The translations under genes were made by a program, and so were the position numbers. A stretch of DNA of 64,000 nucleotides, from positions 23,735 through 87,734 of the forward strand of contig CBDUQR010000005.1 of assembly GCA_965369655.1 (NCBI GenBank), given 5' to 3'. Of this stretch, positions 60,558 to 64,000 are shown one piece after another. Numbering within the stretch: position 1 is the stretch's first letter; every line of letters begins with the position of its first letter. This DNA is from an uncultured bacterium. Its GTDB lineage: Bacteria > Zixibacteria > MSB-5A5 > JAABVY01 > JAHJOQ01. The notes under the pieces were generated by a model. That model was given only the letters and a program-made list of their open reading frames with translations, was not told where the DNA came from and searched no databases.

Positions 60558-61952
60558 CTATGATCGCAGCCGCTGTGACCTCATTTGTCTATGACCCTTT
60601 AGCAGCATCCAGCCAATACCGACGTGAGAAAGAAGACCGATCAGTAACATAGACTCGTACGGCCGATTCGCGAGCGCACCCAGCATTATTGCAAAGATTC
60701 GCAAATCTCTCTTTATCAGTCTGCCGAGCAGGCCACCCGGGGGGTTCGACTGGTAGCGAATCGCAAACTCCTTCTTGACGTAGCTTGCCATGATAAAGCC
60801 CGTCAGTGCGAACATCGCGCCCAGCCATACGGCTGCATGCGGGTGTACAAGCCAGTATCCGAATGAGACACCGGTCACTACTGCCGCGTCGCCATACCTG
60901 TCCAGAATTGTGTCAAACCACCCACCGAACTTACTCGACTGGAATCTGAGTCTGGCAACCTCTCCATCACAGCCATCAACGATTGAGGATAGCTGGACCA
61001 CCAGACCGGCCAGGATCGTCCAGATATATCCGCCTGGACAGAACATAACTGCCCCAATAATGCACCCAGTAAAGCTCAGCAGAGAGATTCCGTTGGGGCT
61101 GACAGGAGTGCGGACTAGTATCTCAGATATCCGGCGCGACACCGGACGGTTCAGATAGCGGGCAACAAAACCGTCTTCGTCGGGTTTGGACAGGCTCCGC
61201 AGCAAGGCTTTCCTGGCAAGATTCAGACTCTTCGGCGTGTCAACGTCGAACCAAAAACGTTCGCCAATTGTGACAGCTCGGAATTCGCGACTCCTGATCA
61301 GTTCCATGAATCCTGCTGACAGGGAGTGCTCTCCTTTGTCCCTGGCTATCTCCAGAGCCTCAAACAGAGTAGGTTGGCAGAGGAAAAGTCCGGTATCTAC
61401 GGCATCAAACGATGCTTCTCTTTTGCCGATCTCGGTAATAACATCTCCATCCAATATCACTTTTGTGGCGTCATCCAGATCAAACACACGATCAGGATGA
61501 CGATCGACGGCCAGCAGACAGTCGGTTGTATTCTTTCCTGCTGTAAGCAGCAGCCGTAGAATTGCGGGATCAAAAAGGTGATCGCACATCAGGAGGAAAA
61601 AGGGACTTCTTATGTAAGGAGCGGCTGAAAGTGCGGAAGATCCGTTTCCTTCTCTCCAATTCGGGTTTTCTATCGGTTTAATCGAAACGGATAATTTTCG
61701 CTCGAGTGCACTCAGGTATGGAATCATTTTGTCCGCATGATATCCAATCACCACGAAGAACTCCAGGACCCCAACTTCTTTGCACGACAGAATAGCTCTT
61801 TCCAGGAGAGTCAGACCGAGCACTGGAGTAAGAGGCTTTGGAGCTCCTCCATTCAGTCCGTTCAGGCGGTGCCCTTCACCGGCAGCCAGTATCACAGCGG
61901 GCGGTGCAACGCCCACAAAGGTTTGAGTCGTTTTCTCAACTGTTATATGCAT
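60558..61952 (-). CDS. Bifunctional sugar-phosphate cytidylyltransferase / CDP-alcohol phosphotransferase (IPCT/DIPPS-like)
   Basis: ILAAGEG.RL..PKPL, MCDH, DTGLF and W.DVDT NTP-transferase motifs; DGCDGEVAR...GGWFDTILDRYGD CDP-OH motif. Confidence 0.9.
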   Translation of the reverse strand: MHITVEKTTQTFVGVAPPAVILAAGEGHRLNGLNGGAPKPLTPVLGLTLLERAILSCKEVGVLEFFVVIGYHADKMIPYLSALERKLSVSIKPIENPNWREGNGSSALSAAPYIRSPFFLLMCDHLFDPAILRLLLTAGKNTTDCLLAVDRHPDRVFDLDDATKVILDGDVITEIGKREASFDAVDTGLFLCQPTLFEALEIARDKGEHSLSAGFMELIRSREFRAVTIGERFWFDVDTPKSLNLARKALLRSLSKPDEDGFVARYLNRPVSRRISEILVRTPVSPNGISLLSFTGCIIGAVMFCPGGYIWTILAGLVVQLSSIVDGCDGEVARLRFQSSKFGGWFDTILDRYGDAAVVTGVSFGYWLVHPHAAVWLGAMFALTGFIMASYVKKEFAIRYQSNPPGGLLGRLIKRDLRIFAIMLGALANRPYESMLLIGLLSHVGIGWMLLKGHRQMRSQRLRS

Positions 61953-62776
61953 ACGGTATCACCTTTCAATTGTTGAACGAGAACTGCGTGCAGTTCGGAT
62001 GACCCGCTGGCAATGATCGAAAAACGCTGTGTCAGATCTATGATCTCCGGAATCGGTTCCGCTTCAGGCGCGGATATCATTCCCCCTGCCTCGGTGAGAA
62101 TCAGAGAAGGGGCCAGAAAGTTCTCAGGTGTAAGGCGGTCCCGCAAATCCAGATGCGCATCAAGGACACCGGAAGCGACCAACGTTATTGCCTGAGTGGC
62201 GCATCCAAAGGAACGGACCCCCCGGGCGCGAGAAAGGACATTCGCCAAGGGCGCCATTATTGCAAAATGGTTCATTTCGCAACTGATCATGGCACTCTTC
62301 AGAACGTTGCATGAGCCCGTGCGGATCTGATTACCGTTGCAGAACGCGCCGTTTCCCTGCTCCGCAGTGCATATCTGTCCGGTGACCAGATTGCCTGCCA
62401 ACGAGTATTGGACCGTTTCAACTGAGATCGGGCGTGAGAATGGAATCAATGCCACGGCCATGCCCACAGGTGCCATTCCAAGCGCGAAGTTGTCCGAACC
62501 GTCCACCGGATCCAAGACCATCGTGAACTCGGGCTCCCCGGCGCCGAATTGGCGAGGCGGTCCTTCCTCCGATAGCAGTACGACTGAACATGGGAATCGC
62601 TTTTCGAGATAACGGCATACCGCCTCGTCGGCCGCAAAATCGAACCATTTGACCTTGTCACCTTTAGCATTATGTCCAAGCTCCGATGAGCGACTCCGAC
62701 TCTCAGTAGTCACCGCTTGCGATACGTCCTGGAAAACGGCTCTAAGATGATCGAGTATCGAACTTTCCTTGTTCAT
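61943..62776 (-). CDS. Inositol monophosphatase / FBPase-like (FIG family)
   Basis: D..AD, LSEE, LDPVDGSDN, VRSFG; overlaps the IPCT/DIPPS start. Confidence 0.85.
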   Translation of the reverse strand: MNKESSILDHLRAVFQDVSQAVTTESRSRSSELGHNAKGDKVKWFDFAADEAVCRYLEKRFPCSVVLLSEEGPPRQFGAGEPEFTMVLDPVDGSDNFALGMAPVGMAVALIPFSRPISVETVQYSLAGNLVTGQICTAEQGNGAFCNGNQIRTGSCNVLKSAMISCEMNHFAIMAPLANVLSRARGVRSFGCATQAITLVASGVLDAHLDLRDRLTPENFLAPSLILTEAGGMISAPEAEPIPEIIDLTQRFSIIASGSSELHAVLVQQLKGDTVCI

Positions 62777-62935
62777 ACGAACATACTAAGACTTCGCTGT
62801 CTCCCTTTACCGAGGGACAGTCCATCCTCTGGTTTTCTCCTCTCAGAATAAGAAATAAGAAAGGCGCATCTGAAGGGCGAAGGCAGAGGCAGGAAAACTT
62901 TCAGTTTCCCGAGTTCCTTCCTCTGAACGATTCAT

Positions 62936-62964
62936 AAGCTATCACTACAAGTCAGTCTTGTCAA
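62936..62964 (-). promoter_or_regulatory. Putative sigma70 promoter for the IMPase-IPCT/DIPPS pair
   Basis: Minus strand TTGACA-N17-TAGCTT. Confidence 0.45.
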
Positions 62965-63017
62965 GTCGAATCCGGGACTCGGTTGGGACTCGGAACCTAA
63001 AAGGTACCCCCCTTCTT

Positions 63018-63323
63018 GGGCTTGTTGATAAAGTCCTTCAGATCAGTGTTGAATAGTGTTAATTATGACTATGCAAACAAAACGCGAGCAATCAGGTTTT
63101 GAGATGACGCTTTTGCCTCCCTTGGAATCGTTGATTCCGGCGGATCATCATCTGCGTCGTCTCGATCGGGTCCTGGATTTGAGTTTTGTCCATGAGGCGG
63201 TACGAGATCGTTACTGTCAGGACAATGGTCGTCCCTCGATAGACCCGGAAGTTGTCCTTCGTCTGTTCTTACTTCAGGCGTTGGAAGGGATCACGCATGT
63301 ACGGAAGCTGATGCGTCAGGTGT
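63018..63323 (+). pseudogene. IS1182/IS5-like transposase 5' remnant with left TIR
   Basis: GGGCTTGTTGATAAAG end; LESLIPADHHLRRLD..LDLSFV...Y...GRPSIDPEVVLR (DUF772-type N-terminus), truncated at RKLMRQV. Confidence 0.85.
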
Positions 63324-63395
63324 CGGTCGCCGATCCCGTCATTGACCCCGATCTTCTCCCTCTGGGATCCCGTGGGAGAGGGGATCCCGAGGGAC
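63324..63395 (+). repeat. 72-bp copy of the GATC-rich element at the junction of two IS remnants
   Basis: Differs from copy 1 by one substitution and one deleted C. Confidence 0.9.
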
Positions 63396-63848
63396 AGGTA
63401 GAGAGCAGGGATCAACGCGTCTATGCTCGGTACCCGACGCATGAACGGCGGAAGTATCCGGCTGGTGAACCGGTGACTCTCACGACGATCGTGAACCCGA
63501 GGCTGCCTAACACGCAGCGGACCTACTCCACTCACTATGTCTCGCTCTGGCAGAGACCCATTGCGTACCACCAGACGATGACCTGCATCGTCGCAAATCT
63601 CCTTATGACGATCAATGTGTTCTGCCACCTCAGCCTTGATCGCTGACTGCAACATCCGACGAGCTCCCTCTCGCAAAAGATCATCCAATGACGATCTCAA
63701 ATCCGATTCTACTCGACTTTCAAATCCACTTACATTACTATTCCTCATGAGTGTGTCCTCCTGCTCGGTCATCACCCGAGATTCTTAGGTTTTGATTTCA
63801 AGAGGAAAAGCTCTTTCTTCTCTATACACAACTTTCGAATATAGCTCT
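63396..63848 (-). pseudogene. IS256-family transposase 5' remnant
   Basis: LDDLLREGARRML..AI.AEV, VVRNG.LPER.I..GVG...VRQPRV.DR, F.S.ILPP..RR, truncated at PALYL; IS256-like end ..GAAAGTTGTGTATA near 63824-63848. Confidence 0.85.
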
Positions 63849-64000
63849 CAAATATGGCCTTGCTAGCAGTAGTTCTCCTGAATTGAGTCAATTCCCTCAA
63901 AGTGCACCACTACCAAAGTTTTAGTTGACTACTTTTCAACACCTCTTAAGTTTTCGAGTGGTAAGTAAGGGCTGTGCGTGAAAAGGCGCTACCCCCTTCA

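Noticed and set aside
62777-62935. Riboswitch in the leader of the IMPase gene
   Set aside because: Two hairpins are possible, but none matches an aptamer consensus I can recognise.
26943-63395. CRISPR array or integron attC sites from the recurring palindromic repeats
   Set aside because: Copies are dispersed by kilobases, lack regular spacers and lack GTTRRRY/RYYYAAC ends; no cas or intI genes are seen.
63056-63775. ORF-track proteins 63056..63646 (+) and 63269..63775 (-) as intact genes
   Set aside because: Both are chimeras that read through the 72-bp element into the antisense strand of the other transposase remnant.

Overview
Chromosomal window from a moderately GC-rich diderm bacterium. 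An FCB-group lineage such as Ca. Zixibacteria is my inference, based on secreted proteins with FlgD-Ig/'T9SS-like' C-terminal tails and a short RpoD lacking region 1.1. Housekeeping content: sucC (partial), cca, arcC, a COG2403/ArcE-like ATPase, mscS, ompA-like, tgt-yajC-def-fmt-rng, ppiD, degP, rpoD, a SigW-like ECF operon, and rpmE-DUF1385-prfA...prmC. Metabolic content: a complete classical menaquinone cluster with its own DAHP synthase and an N-terminally extended AroC, a divergent GlpX-like protein, pruA, and an IMPase + IPCT/DIPPS pair. Most notable: (1) a probable arginine-synthetase/carbamate-kinase energy operon with a Rex/CRP-type operator; (2) a four-gene bacterial-microcompartment locus (BMC-H+tail, BMC-P, PduS, PduT) with no signature enzyme; (3) tldD-tldE abutting a 74-aa Tat-signal peptide, between prfA and prmC; (4) a nested hierarchy of non-autonomous repeats (REP hairpins, two MITE types, ~20-bp micro-inserts). 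This hierarchy includes a 73-bp GATC-rich element with no terminal inverted repeats (TIR) or target-site duplication (TSD), which also joins two different truncated transposases. No rRNA, tRNA or CRISPR array was seen.
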